Source of the DNA: Azolla caroliniana
Lineage: Eukaryota > Plantae > Polypodiophyta
Length of the DNA stretch: 64,000 bases
Assembly: GCA_043228905.1 (NCBI GenBank)
Contig: JBHGNT010000015.1
Coordinates: 19,964,001 to 20,028,000 of the forward strand
Direction of reading: 5' to 3'
Shown here in pieces: positions 1 to 11,732 of the stretch (positions are counted from its first letter, which is position 1; the number at the start of each line of letters is the position of its first letter). Made by a program: the position numbers and the translations under genes. The notes beneath the pieces were generated by a model. The model saw nothing but the letters and a program-made list of their open reading frames with translations, did no database searches and was not told where the DNA came from.

Positions 1-2
1 AA

Positions 3-1997
3 TCCATGTTTTCGAATCTGACCATATATCTCTTCTCCCACCTCAATTTTTCCTATGATTTGACAAGCTTTTAAGGTGCAAAGGAAAGTACCCACATCTG
101 GGGATATACCCTCATCTTGCATCTTATTGAAACACTTAAGAGCTTCTTCACCAGCCCCATATTGAGTGTATCCAGCAATCAATGCATTCCAAGTTACAAC
201 ATTCCGTACTTGAAGATCTTCAAAGACTTCCAGTGCACTTTTTAGGACACCGCATTTGGCATACATGTCCACCAACGATGTTCCAAGCACAACATCTTTT
301 TCTATTAACCCCATCCTGCTGAGTTTGGAATGTATCTCTTGGCCTACCTGAATAGACCCAATGTTCCCACAAGCTTTCAAAACGCAGACAAAAGTAATCA
401 CATCAGGTGAAATGCCCCCCTCAAGCATCTTCCTGAAGCAGTGAAGAGCTTTCTCAGCGGGTCCTTGCTGAGCATAGCCACCAATAAGAGTGTTCCAAGT
501 CACAATATTCCGTCCCAAAAGTTTATCAAAAACTTCTTCTGCCTTTTCAATAGCACAACACCTACAATACATGTCAACCAAAGCTGTGCCAATCAAAATG
601 TCTTTTCCCAATGAGTCGTGCTTGCTAATCTCTGCATGTATCTCTTCTCCCATCTGGAGAGATCCAATGGTGCTGCAAGCCTTCAAAATGCAAGTAAAAG
701 TAATTGAATCTGGGAATATGCCTTCAAGAAGCATTTTCCTGAAGCAGTCCAGAGCATCATTCACAAGCCCATGCTGGACATATCCAGTTATCAGGGCAGT
801 CCAAGTTACTATATTCCTTTTTGGAAGCTCATTAAACACATTTTGTGCTTTACCAAGAAGGCCACACTTAACATACATGTCCACCAACGTCGTGCCGAGC
901 CCAATGTCTTTTTGCAATAAACCCCTCTCACTAACATGAGCATGTATCTCCTCTCCCATCTCGAGTAATCCCATCCTACTGATAGCTTTCAAAATGCAAA
1001 TAAAAGTGACCGCATTTGGGGAACACCCCTCATCTTGCATTAACTTGTAGCATTTCAGAGCTTTATCACCAAGTCCATGGTGTATAAATCCAGATATCAA
1101 AGCATTCCAGGTCACAACATTCCTTTTCGGAAGCTCATCAAATACTTCCTGAGCTCTTGCTAATTCCCCACATTTAGCATACATATCTACCAATGTGGTA
1201 TCAAGTATAATGTCTTTTCCCAGAAGCCCTAGATTACAAACTTTGGCACATATCTCTTCCCCAATGTCGAGAGATCCTATGACTGAACAAGCTTTCAAAG
1301 TGCAAATGAAGGTAACTATGTTCGGGGAGATACTCTTGCTTTCCATTTTCCTAAAGCAATTCAAAGCTTCATGGCCCAGGCCATTTTGAGCATATCCATT
1401 TATTAGTGTATTCCAAGCCACCACATCTGCCACTTGAATCCCATCAAATACATATTGTGCTTTCCTCATCAGACCAAATTTCGCATACATATCCACTAAA
1501 GTTGTGCAAAGTATGATGTCGTTATCCAACAAACCATGTTTTCTCGCCTCAAAATGTATAAATTCTCCGATTGGAAGAGACTTACAACACCTCAAAATGC
1601 AAATGAAGGTAACTGAATTCGGGGATATATTCTCATTTTGCATAGTTTTAAGAAAATTTAAAGCTTCCGCAACCATACCATTTTGGGCATATCCTGAAAT
1701 CAATGCATTCCATGATACAACATTTCGGTTCAAAACTTCATCAAATGCTTTTTTGGCTTCTCGAATGGCACCGCATTTGGCATACATAGTAATAAGGGCA
1801 TTATTAACATGGATATCATTGTTATGCAATTTCTTTTCATGAATATAAGTGTGAATTTTTCTGGCTTTGGTCAAGTCCTTACTTCTCCCACAAGATTTCA
1901 TCAACTCTACCATAGCCTTAGGATTCTCGAGACTTTTCCGTGGAAAGGGAAGCTCTTCAGTATTGAGAGGAGGAAGAGGAGACACAGAAGACTGCAT
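3..1997 (-). CDS. PLS-class pentatricopeptide repeat protein; 3' end lies beyond the left edge
   Basis: Minus-strand frame from ATG 1997 (in-frame TAG just upstream): MQSSVSPLPPLNTEELP...HVNNALITMYAKCG; the same frame gives KDVVLGTSLVDMYAKCGVLK near 250-300. P-L-S triplets repeat about every 102 aa. Absent from the ORF track, consistent with having no stop codon inside the window. Confidence 0.9.
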   Translation of the reverse strand, partial: MQSSVSPLPPLNTEELPFPRKSLENPKAMVELMKSCGRSKDLTKARKIHTYIHEKKLHNNDIHVNNALITMYAKCGAIREAKKAFDEVLNRNVVSWNALISGYAQNGMVAEALNFLKTMQNENISPNSVTFICILRCCKSLPIGEFIHFEARKHGLLDNDIILCTTLVDMYAKFGLMRKAQYVFDGIQVADVVAWNTLINGYAQNGLGHEALNCFRKMESKSISPNIVTFICTLKACSVIGSLDIGEEICAKVCNLGLLGKDIILDTTLVDMYAKCGELARAQEVFDELPKRNVVTWNALISGFIHHGLGDKALKCYKLMQDEGCSPNAVTFICILKAISRMGLLEMGEEIHAHVSERGLLQKDIGLGTTLVDMYVKCGLLGKAQNVFNELPKRNIVTWTALITGYVQHGLVNDALDCFRKMLLEGIFPDSITFTCILKACSTIGSLQMGEEIHAEISKHDSLGKDILIGTALVDMYCRCCAIEKAEEVFDKLLGRNIVTWNTLIGGYAQQGPAEKALHCFRKMLEGGISPDVITFVCVLKACGNIGSIQVGQEIHSKLSRMGLIEKDVVLGTSLVDMYAKCGVLKSALEVFEDLQVRNVVTWNALIAGYTQYGAGEEALKCFNKMQDEGISPDVGTFLCTLKACQIIGKIEVGEEIYGQIRKHG

Positions 1998-2192
1998 CTT
2001 CTAGCTCTAAATTTCATCACTTTCTGCGGAGCCCAAAACATGTAATAAGCGATCTTTTTTTCTTTCTTGGCTTCCGTGGAGATGGAGAGCAAAAGGAAGA
2101 TGAGAAAAGCAGAGGTCACCTAGAGACTTGAGAGAAAAATACGCAAAGAGCTCCCAATGTCTCCATGAAGATTTCCTAGAGTTAATTATAGT

Positions 2193-2436
2193 CATGGTAT
2201 GAAGCATACGTTCATTCGCATTCGCGAATGTTTAAAACATTCACGTAAGAAAAACACCCTCAAAGAATGATAAATACCATACTTTTGGATTAACTATTTA
2301 TTATGAGGTAAATAAGCCTAAAAATTAGAAAAAAACAAAAAAAACAACACAAGAATGTTTGAATAACATTCTCGTTCGTTTTCCAACGTAGGAAAACGAA
2401 TGTTATGCTAGACGAACACGAATTTTACGTACTATG
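2193..2436. mobile_element. Non-autonomous hAT-like MITE (~244 bp)
   Basis: Imperfect terminal inverted repeats (CATGGTATGAAG / revcomp CATAGTACGTAA, 8/12 match). Near-identical 8-bp flanks ATTATAGT (2185-2192) and ATTGTAGT (2437-2444). Several internal palindromes, e.g. GAATGTTT..AAACATTC and CGTTTTCC..GGAAAACG. Confidence 0.55.
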
Positions 2437-2776
2437 ATTGTAGTAAAAGGATGTGGACAATATGTACAAATGTTTCGTTATTTATATTCATGACAATACA
2501 AACTTTTGCCAATAACCCTACTAGTGCTTGTAACAACTGCACAAAGTTCCCAAGTTATCGTGTTCACGAGAATGCTCAAACTTTACATGAATTATATAGA
2601 TGGTTCATTAGTTTGGTTGCCTCCCGATATAGTGCCAATAAGAAGCACCCAATATATGCAAAATATATAAGTAGGAGGAACGTTTTTCACAATTGTGGAT
2701 CCTGAGAGGAGTCATAAGGTTAAATCATGACAAATGTAGAACAACCCTTTGTGTCTATCATTTGATGTCCTAAAGT

Positions 2777-2800
2777 GGGGGGGGGGGGGGGGGGGGGGGG
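2777..2800 (+). repeat. Poly-G tract (G24)
   Basis: Direct reading. Confidence 0.9.
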
Positions 2801-3532
2801 AGGTAACAAGACTTGTATCAAATTCATCATAGTTATAACATAGTGGTAGTAGTGAAAGTAACAATATCTCATGCTAGATCGATAATTTCCTACACAATCG
2901 CAAATTTGGTTTGAGAAGAAGGAGCACGTTTGAGAACAACATCACTTAAAACTAAGTCAAGCTTACCAATAGTCGATATCGTTGATAGATAGCCTATGGA
3001 TCCATCATAAATTTGGTTTACTCTTTTTGAATCTTCATAAGCAAATGTGTCTCCAAACTCCAACAAGAAACAAAACTTTTTAACTCGCAATTGATCCATG
3101 TTGCATGGTGTGTGACCGATGTATAAAAGGCGCAATGTGCTTGAGCAATGTATAAAAAAAAGGCATAACATGCTTTAGCATCTAATGACTTGATTATAAT
3201 TCTGGCGCCAATAATAGGCACACGATCAGGCGCGTATTTTGCATCACCAATGAGATTGTGCCACATCAGCACATTGTTTGCACACACTTGGGGTATCCAT
3301 GGTCTACATGAATATAGAATATTACTATCATCATTCATTCATATGAACCCTCAATAATGTACATACGTTGAAATAGTGTAGATTGCTGAAATAGAGGAGC
3401 AAAAGCAGATTAATAAACAAGAGCTACTCTGATGGGAACAGAGGAGAAACAGAGTGATAAGCAGAAACCCTAATTCTGTTCTTGGAAGATGCCTTTTCAT
3501 TGTTTTTCAGAGACAATTGGGTCGATAGTGTT

Positions 3533-5551
3533 ATGGATGGATCTTTATTGTCTCCATCTACCTTTGGAGGAGGCAAGATTCATGAAGAAATACATCTCAA
3601 ACAGCGACTCGAAGATCGGCATACCCTTCTCGACTCCATAAAGTCTTGTTCCAAAGAGAAGGATCTTCACAAAGCTAGAATATTGCATAATGATATACTT
3701 CAAAATTCCTGCCTCTCAGAGGACATATGTATCAATAATGCCCTTCTTAGTTTGTATGCCAAGTGTGGTGATCTTAGTGAAGCACTCAAAATATTTGATG
3801 GGATTCCTCTACGGAATGTTGTATCTTGGAATTGTCTCATTTCAGGATATACTGAACATAAACTTATTGATAAAGCTATTGTATGCTTTAGAAGGATGCA
3901 AAATGAAGGTGTGTCCCCAAATGCAATAACCTATATGTGCCTCCTAAAGGCTTGTGGTGGTGGTAGTAATAATGATCATGGCATTAGTCGTAGAAATGGT
4001 ATAGAATGTGTGAATATGGGAGAAGAAATACATGCTCAAATTGAGAGAGTTTTTCTGGGACAAAATATCGAGCTTGGAAATGCTTTGGTTGACATGTATG
4101 CTAAGTGTGGCTCGTTGGAAACTGCTCGGGAGGTATTTGATAATCTCCCAGTAAGAAACGTTGCATCTTGGAATACACTGATCTCTGGATATATCAAATA
4201 TGGACTTGGCGATGAGGCTATAGATTGCTTTAGGAGGATGCAACTTGAGGGTCTCTCACCAGATGCCATCACGTTTATTTGTATTTTGAGAGCATGTGGA
4301 AATATTGGGTGTCTCAAGATTGGGAAAAAGATACATGAAGAGGCTGATAGGCAGGGGTTAGTGGAGAAAAACATCGTTCTTGGCACTACACTCGTAGACA
4401 TGTATGCAAAATGTGGCATGCTTGAAGAGGCACAAGAGATATGTGACAAGCTCCCAATACGGAATGCGGAATCTTGGACTGCATTGATTTCAGGATATTC
4501 TCAACATGGCTTTGGTCATAAAGCTGTACTCTGCTTCCAAAAGATGTTAAAAGAGGGCATCTCACCAAGTGTAGTTGCCTTAATTTCCATTTTAAAAGCT
4601 TGTGGAAATATAGGAACTTTGGAGTTAGGAGAAAATATATATTTGCAAGCCAAGAAGGAAGGCTTGTTGAAAAAAGATGATGTGCTTCAAATAGCATTGG
4701 TGGATATGTATGCTAAATGTGGCGCACTCGAAAAAGCACAAAAAGTATTCGATGAACTTCCAATAAAAAGTGTTGAGATTTGGACTGCGTTGATGGCTGG
4801 GTATAATCAGCATGGGTTGTCTGAGAAAGCTATTTTTTGCTTTAATCAAATGCAGAATGAAGGTTTCTGTCCGGATGTCATCACATTTATATGTATTTTG
4901 AAAGCTTGTGGAAGCATAGGATCTCTTAAGCTGGGAGATGAGATACATGAGGAGGTGAGGAAGCAATCTTTATTGGAAAAAGATATTGTGCTCGGAACGG
5001 CGTTGGTGGATATGTATGGAAAATGTGGTAACCTTAAAAAAGCCCAAGAGGTGTTTAATGAACTTCCAATACAAAATGCCACATCATGGACTGCATTGAT
5101 GGCAGGCCATGCCCAGATGGGTGAGGCCGAAAAAGTATTGAGTTTACTTAACAAAATGATGGATCAAAATGTTATTCCAGATGTGGTTTCCATACTTGTT
5201 GTTCTCAATGCTTGTAGCCACTCTGGCCTTGTAGAGCAAGGACAAATGGTTTTTGAGAAAATGGACGCTATCCATAAATCCATGCCAACATTAGAACATC
5301 ACATTTGCATGGTGGATCTTTTAGGTCGAGCCGGACACTTTGACAAAGCTCTAATTGTTGTCGAGAAGTTGCCATATTTAGATCGTCTTCCACTTTGGTT
5401 GGCTCTCTTGGGTGCTTGTTGCAAATGGGCAAATGTGGAATTTGGGCTATGGGTCTTTGAGCAGTCATCAGAGTTGGACAGGAAGTGTCCAGCAGCATAT
5501 CTATGTATGGCAAACATATATGCAGCTGCTGGTCTAAAGCTTGGAAAGTAG
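3533..5551 (+). CDS. PLS-class PPR protein with E domain, no DYW (organellar RNA editing factor type)
   Basis: ORF 3482-5551; first ATG is at 3533. Repeats such as NVVSWNCLISGY / NAITYMCLLKACG / NALVDMYAKCG, ending in PTLEHHICMVDLLGRAGHF...WLALLGAC...AAYLCMANIYAAAG. Confidence 0.92.
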   Translation: MDGSLLSPSTFGGGKIHEEIHLKQRLEDRHTLLDSIKSCSKEKDLHKARILHNDILQNSCLSEDICINNALLSLYAKCGDLSEALKIFDGIPLRNVVSWNCLISGYTEHKLIDKAIVCFRRMQNEGVSPNAITYMCLLKACGGGSNNDHGISRRNGIECVNMGEEIHAQIERVFLGQNIELGNALVDMYAKCGSLETAREVFDNLPVRNVASWNTLISGYIKYGLGDEAIDCFRRMQLEGLSPDAITFICILRACGNIGCLKIGKKIHEEADRQGLVEKNIVLGTTLVDMYAKCGMLEEAQEICDKLPIRNAESWTALISGYSQHGFGHKAVLCFQKMLKEGISPSVVALISILKACGNIGTLELGENIYLQAKKEGLLKKDDVLQIALVDMYAKCGALEKAQKVFDELPIKSVEIWTALMAGYNQHGLSEKAIFCFNQMQNEGFCPDVITFICILKACGSIGSLKLGDEIHEEVRKQSLLEKDIVLGTALVDMYGKCGNLKKAQEVFNELPIQNATSWTALMAGHAQMGEAEKVLSLLNKMMDQNVIPDVVSILVVLNACSHSGLVEQGQMVFEKMDAIHKSMPTLEHHICMVDLLGRAGHFDKALIVVEKLPYLDRLPLWLALLGACCKWANVEFGLWVFEQSSELDRKCPAAYLCMANIYAAAGLKLGK

Positions 5552-8169
5552 AAAATGAAGCAAATAACTCTCAAGGCACCTGGATATTGATTCTGGATCA
5601 ATGTAAGCAGTAAGAAATATTTATTTATACCAATCAGTAATAACTGTCCCAAAGTCAATGTATTAACAATAAGTGGGACGACATGTGGAATAACCTATTT
5701 CAAGAATAGTACAATAACCACCGAATATTTGTACATTGTCATGGCAGATGATGAATTTGAAGATGAGGACCACTATACTTACTTTGGCAAATACTATGGC
5801 ACACCAGTATATATTACCATAAACACAATGTGTCCATAGTAATTGAAACGTTGAGATATTGCTCATATTGAATGTGGAAAAGCACGGAAATGAGGAAGGT
5901 TGAGGTCAAATATGTTGCATAATGCATTTTGTTGAGTGTCATTATTAATATGGAAAGTTCTCATAATTAAGTATCGTGAAGGAATTCTGGGTGCATATTG
6001 GTTAACATGTTTTGAAGAGGATGATGCTGGATAATCATGTTGGGCTAATATTGTCGGTGAGTTGCATAAATTTTCCTTCCCAGTTGAGATCACTTTAAAC
6101 TCAACATGGGATGGCCATTAACATTGGAGTTCTGAGACGATATGGTGTAGTACCATTGAGGTATGACCACATCAATTGGGCTAGAACTGTAAACAACAGG
6201 TCTGGATTTCAACTATGACCCCTTGCCTACTGTTTACAAAGAGCAACCATAAACCCCCACAAAGAAACAGAAGACACAGAATCGGCATTTTGTCCCATAC
6301 CCGAAATGTGTCCAATGTGTCTCCAATATGCACGTGAGCCACATGGGCCTTCATCTCTAGCCATGGATGAGTGACCATTTGATTGCATGGTAAGCAAGCT
6401 ATCAAGATTTACTCATAACATCATAAAACAATGCAGTGAGGTTGCTTGTGTTGCCTAGGCTTGCCTTTAGTGAAGGCTCTGCTGTTGAATCTTGAATGTG
6501 CGAAGACACTTTCACAACAATGATGCTGATGATGATATGATACACATAAATTTATTGTGAAATTCGGTTCCTAATTAAGCATGCTAAATATGGTGGAACC
6601 ACTATTTTATGTGCTAAATTGATCCCATTAGAATTTAACTGTGACTAGGATTTCCGTAGTTAATTTTAGCTGTCTGATGTAATCAACTTGAGTGCCTACA
6701 CATAACTACTTGTGGAATCAACTATTTCACGAGTTACCACATGAGAACTTATTGGAATAAATTATGATATTCTGTACCCATTCATTTTAGGTTTTTATTA
6801 AACTTTATACCTTATGGTTATGGTGATGATTCCTCCCATCATACTTCCGTCTTAAGATACACACACATCTCTCTCCATCATTTCTTCATCTTAGGGTTAT
6901 ACTTTAGTTGGAAGTTAGTATGTTACTAACCCATGCATTCAGTTTCAAATCTCACGTATGCACTATTTAACTATATACCACTTTTGAATATACATAGCGG
7001 TTTAATCTACAACCTTCTAATTCCACTATTCAACCTCACCAACTAAACTACTAGCATTTATTTGTATTTTTTGATGATTGAGTACACATCCCATTTTGTT
7101 GTAGCCAATTGTCTCATGGGCCAAATTTGGTCTTAGAAGAAGTTAATACTTTCTGTTCCTCAAACAAGCTTAGTTTTTCATTTCAATTTTCAATTTAGTA
7201 TCGATTGTTTTGTACAGGATTTTGGTACCATGAGTCATGTTGCCTCCTAGTAGACATCAATATATCATCACCTCACTCTCTTTGATAAGAACAAGTATTA
7301 AGGATTTATTTCCAATATTATTTTAGAGAGTAGGAAAATATAAGGGAACACTAGGAAAAGTAGGGGGGTTATGTCTAAAGCTTCATATTCATATATATAT
7401 ATATGAATATGCAAGATTAGATTCTAATAAATATAGTCATGTGTACACTCATGACATGAAATTTTTTCCGAACACTTTCCTTGCGACCATCTTTCCTCAT
7501 TGTGGGCACACACTTTAAACTTCATTAGGTAGAACATATGCAAGTCAAAATGCTTCCATGCGTGCACAAACATTAGTTATGCAAGTTGGAATGCATCCTT
7601 GTTAATAGAAACATTAGTTTTTTCGAGTAACACCATAAAGACTACTATATATCCTTCGGGTTCCGATGACTGAAGAAGATTTATTTGCTCTCCCTCCATA
7701 TTCTTAAAATCTTCAATATCTTTTGGGCAATCATCGTAATTTGTGTCTGTCCAATACCTACAACTGGGAATTGAAGCAAATACAAAAGGGCACTACAGAA
7801 TGCTTAATAGAAAACTCAGGTAAGGGTTATCTCAAGAAAGACAACCTTATATTTTTTTCTATGAAAGCTTGAGGGTATTTTGGTAAATTTCCCATTTATT
7901 CTTCAGTGATACCAAATGTACGGAAATGAGACCAGCTCTTTTTGGTACAAATATGTTGGATGGAATGGAAACAGAGTAAAACCCTAGTCTCCTCGCATAC
8001 AACTATAACTAACTATTCCCATGACAACAAAAATGGAAAGCTACCAAGACTGTACATATATAGATTATGACTATCTTCCATCCAACACGAGGTTAATTTT
8101 CTGACCGGAATCATCGCCATGAGGTACCATTCCTTTTTTAGAATTAGACCATGTCTTGAACAGCATTGA

Positions 8170-10758
8170 ATGAAAAGAGAAAAGGGTTTCATTTTGTCAA
8201 GATTGAACGGAGCACATTCCTTGTTTCCTTCTGTAGAGAGTTTGATTTCCACTTTGCAAGTAACCCGAAAAGAAGGACATCTATCCTTTGCAAAACATGT
8301 ACATACTTTGTTATGCATACATGGTCTAGAGTGCCATGAAATCCTTGGTAACTATCTTGTTTCAATGTTGGTACATTGTGGTTGTTTACTCGATGCTCAA
8401 AGAGTCTTTCTAAAACTTGGTTATCGGAATGAGCAATCATGGGCTTCTCTTATGTACAAATTCATTGAGATTGATGATCCTGAAAATGCCTTTGAACTAT
8501 ATAAGAAAATGCAAGAAGACAATGTAGTATGCCCTAGTAAGTATATGCTTCAAAGCCTATTAAAAGCATGTGTGATATTGAAAGATGTGGTAAGAGGTCA
8601 AGAATTGTATCAAGAGATTGTGAGCATGGGAGTAGAGAAAGACCCTTTTGTTGGCAGTGTGTTAATAGACATGTATGCAACAAGTGGTTCATTCTTCGTG
8701 GTGAAGGAATTGCTTGGCAAGTTGGAAGGTAGAGATGTTGTTGTTTGGACTGCTGTTATCACAGCATATGTTCAGTATAGACTTCTAGATGATGCATTTG
8801 ACTGTATAGAAAAGATGCGAATCGAGGGTGTCTCTCCCAATGCCATCACTTTTCTTTCCATATTGAAGGGATGTGGTAGTATAGAAGACCTTGAAAGGGG
8901 TCACAAAGCACACAATGATGTTGTTAAGCAAGGTTTTGAAAGAGATTGTTATACAGATAGTGCATTGGTTTGTATGTATAGTAAATGTCAGTCTCTATCA
9001 GAGGCAGAGAAAGTATTTCATCAGCTTCCTTTTCGAGATCCAATTGCCTGGACTGCATTAATTTCAGGTTATTCCGAAATTGGCCTCGGGGAGGAAGCTT
9101 TGAGCTGTTTGGATCAGATGCGACGAGATGGGCAAATGCCGAATGCCATCACATATGGTTGTGGATTGAAAGCATGTTCCTGTAATAGAGTTATAGATAA
9201 AGTTCGAGAAATCCATGGTGAGATTGTGAAGGAAGAATTTGAAAATGATCCTTATGTTGGCAGCATGTTGGTTGATGCATACAGCAAATGTGCATCAGTC
9301 ATGGAAGCACAAGAAGTATTCGATGAAATGGCTATGCAAGATATTGTTGCTTGGAACTCTTTAATTTCATCCTACATAGAGCTGGGGTTTGTAGAGGATG
9401 CACTCCATTGTATTGAAAAGATGCATATAGAGGGCATAAGTGTAGATTCTATTACATGTGTATACAGCTTAAAAGCATGTGGCACTGGAAGATTCATAGA
9501 AGATGGTCGGAGAGTACATTCACACGTTGTCAAAAGAGGATTTGATAATGATTCTTTCATCGGAAATCTATTGGTTGATATGTATGCTAAATGTGCCCTT
9601 TTTCCTGAATCGTGGGTAATATTTGAAAAACTGTCAGAGCGAAACAGCATCACATGGACTGCACTTATTTCCGGGTATATTGAAAACGGGCTTTGTAGGG
9701 AAGCATTGAACTGTTTGGAAGCAATGGAATTTGATGGCATGACACTGGATGTTGTGTCATTCACTTGTGGCTTGAAAGCTTGTAGTAGTTTGGGTGCAAA
9801 AGGGATGGGGTACAACATGCATTCGAATATTGTGAAACAAGGGTATGAGAAAGACTACACAATTGATACCACACTTATACACATGTATATGAAATGCGGT
9901 TTATTTGAAGAGGGATTGGTAGTGTTCAATGGCGCATCACTGGAGAACTTAGCTCCATGGACTGCGCTAATGAATGGGTATATGGACGTAGGTCTCGATG
10001 AAAATGTACTTGATTCCTTCGAAAAAATACCAAAAAGCCTCATTATGGATTCTGTATCTGTAGTTAGGGTCTTAAAAGCATGTGGAAATGTTGGAGCATT
10101 ATGCAAGGGGCAAGAGATGCATGTTAACATTGCGAAAAGAGGTATGGATGTAGATGTTTCTATCACAAGCAGTTTGGTCGATATGTATTCTAAATGTGGT
10201 TCACTTGAAGACGCTTGGGAATTGCTTGATGAGAATGCACTCCAGAATGTAGTTTTATGGACCACACTAATGACAGGATATGCCTGCCAAGGAATTACTG
10301 AAACTGTGTTGTGGATATTTGAGAGAATGATGAAGCGTGGTATAAAGCCAGATGTCATAACCTTATTGAATATTGCCACTGTATTTAGTCACGCAGGTTT
10401 TGTGGAGTATGGCACTCGGGTCCTTATGGCTGTGAATGAGCTATTTGGGTCTGTTCAAACTATCGAACTCCACAATTGCCTAATTGATATGTTGACTCGT
10501 GCGGGACAAGTAGAGGAAGCCATGAATATACTGGAGAAGATGCCTTTCCAACCCAATGTGGTCACATGGAACACTATACTTGGTACTTGCCAAAAGGGTA
10601 GTTTTATGGAGCTTGGCACTATTGCTTTTCAATGTGCAACCGCACTAGACCCTAGACATCACGTGCCATACATCTCCATGTTTAACATATATGCCCATGC
10701 TCACATGTGGGAGGAGGCAAGGAAAGTTGAATGCCTGAGGATTTTGTGTGTAGGTTGA
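8170..10758 (+). CDS. PLS-class PPR protein with E domain, no DYW
   Basis: 862-aa intronless ORF with P-L-S triplets; C-terminus HNCLIDMLTRAGQVEEA...MPFQPNVVTWNTILGTC...YISMFNIYAHAHMWEEARKV. Confidence 0.93.
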   Translation: MKREKGFILSRLNGAHSLFPSVESLISTLQVTRKEGHLSFAKHVHTLLCIHGLECHEILGNYLVSMLVHCGCLLDAQRVFLKLGYRNEQSWASLMYKFIEIDDPENAFELYKKMQEDNVVCPSKYMLQSLLKACVILKDVVRGQELYQEIVSMGVEKDPFVGSVLIDMYATSGSFFVVKELLGKLEGRDVVVWTAVITAYVQYRLLDDAFDCIEKMRIEGVSPNAITFLSILKGCGSIEDLERGHKAHNDVVKQGFERDCYTDSALVCMYSKCQSLSEAEKVFHQLPFRDPIAWTALISGYSEIGLGEEALSCLDQMRRDGQMPNAITYGCGLKACSCNRVIDKVREIHGEIVKEEFENDPYVGSMLVDAYSKCASVMEAQEVFDEMAMQDIVAWNSLISSYIELGFVEDALHCIEKMHIEGISVDSITCVYSLKACGTGRFIEDGRRVHSHVVKRGFDNDSFIGNLLVDMYAKCALFPESWVIFEKLSERNSITWTALISGYIENGLCREALNCLEAMEFDGMTLDVVSFTCGLKACSSLGAKGMGYNMHSNIVKQGYEKDYTIDTTLIHMYMKCGLFEEGLVVFNGASLENLAPWTALMNGYMDVGLDENVLDSFEKIPKSLIMDSVSVVRVLKACGNVGALCKGQEMHVNIAKRGMDVDVSITSSLVDMYSKCGSLEDAWELLDENALQNVVLWTTLMTGYACQGITETVLWIFERMMKRGIKPDVITLLNIATVFSHAGFVEYGTRVLMAVNELFGSVQTIELHNCLIDMLTRAGQVEEAMNILEKMPFQPNVVTWNTILGTCQKGSFMELGTIAFQCATALDPRHHVPYISMFNIYAHAHMWEEARKVECLRILCVG

Positions 10759-11525
10759 GAACTCACAACAAGGTTTGTGCTCTTGAGTTTGTAATTATTG
10801 TCATAGCAACAATGTGATGCAATGGATATGATTTTTGAGGTTTTGTTGATGATAGTATAGTTCTCCATGTGACGAACAGAATGGTCAATCTCCATATGTC
10901 AACATGAGTGCACTAAACTTCTTCAAAGCAAGCAAACTCTATAAGTGGCAGAGAATACTCCCACTTACATGTTAGTGTGTGTATTGCTTCTTGTAAATTT
11001 CTCTGCAGTTGGGGCACATTGCCTGTCAGCAGCTACTCTAGGAAGTGGACTGAGATTGTGGTGATTCTTAATTCCTGCCTCTATGAAGTTTCTTGTGGTG
11101 TGAGCACATAAGTGAAATCAAATACCTAGCGAGAGATTACAACCCATTACTTAAAACACAAGTCACTAAAAGATAGGGCAAGAAGATTCAACAATGAAGG
11201 TGCACAAAATTATGGGAAAAGGGTTGTGAATGAAACAATCAAAAGTTATAAACATTCTGATGAGACAAAGTCACTTATAATACGTCTAAAACTTATTACA
11301 ATCTGGTGATGCACTTCAATTGCAAAGGATAATATTCTGCTGAGTTAGAATGTTCCATATCCCAAAATGAAATCTCATCCTGCCTGAATGCAACCAACTT
11401 CTCATCCTGCCATTACCATATGCACAACACTTGTCCATTCATGGATGCCAAATCATTGTCAGCCATTTTTTTACATTTTTTTTCTTGATCCTAATTCAAA
11501 AAAATTGTTTCTATCTAACTAGATA

Positions 11526-11645
11526 GTTATTTGAATAACTTCTACGTTGAACCATTCTTCCATTCCATAGCTTGTTGCCATTTTTTCCCGGTTATTTGAA
11601 TAACTTCTACGTTTAACCATTCTTCCATTCTAGAGCTTGTTGCCA
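11526..11645 (+). repeat. Direct duplication of a ~55-bp unit (period 65 bp)
   Basis: GTTATTTGAATAACTTCTACGTT(G/T)AACCATTCTTCCATTC...GCTTGTTGCCA at 11526 and 11591. Confidence 0.85.
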
Positions 11646-11732
11646 ATTTGTCATACCCCTACATGCCAATCATGGGAACTTTTCACTTCATTGGAAGATT
11701 GTTACACTTCATGTGTTTCCTATGAAAACTTT

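Noticed and set aside
490-2045. Plus-strand ORFs at 490-939, 1195-1389, 1504-1842 and 1809-2045, and similar antisense ORFs over the other PPR, kinase and subtilase genes
   Set aside because: They are antisense or alternate-frame shadows of real CDSs; their repetitiveness mirrors the PPR repeats.
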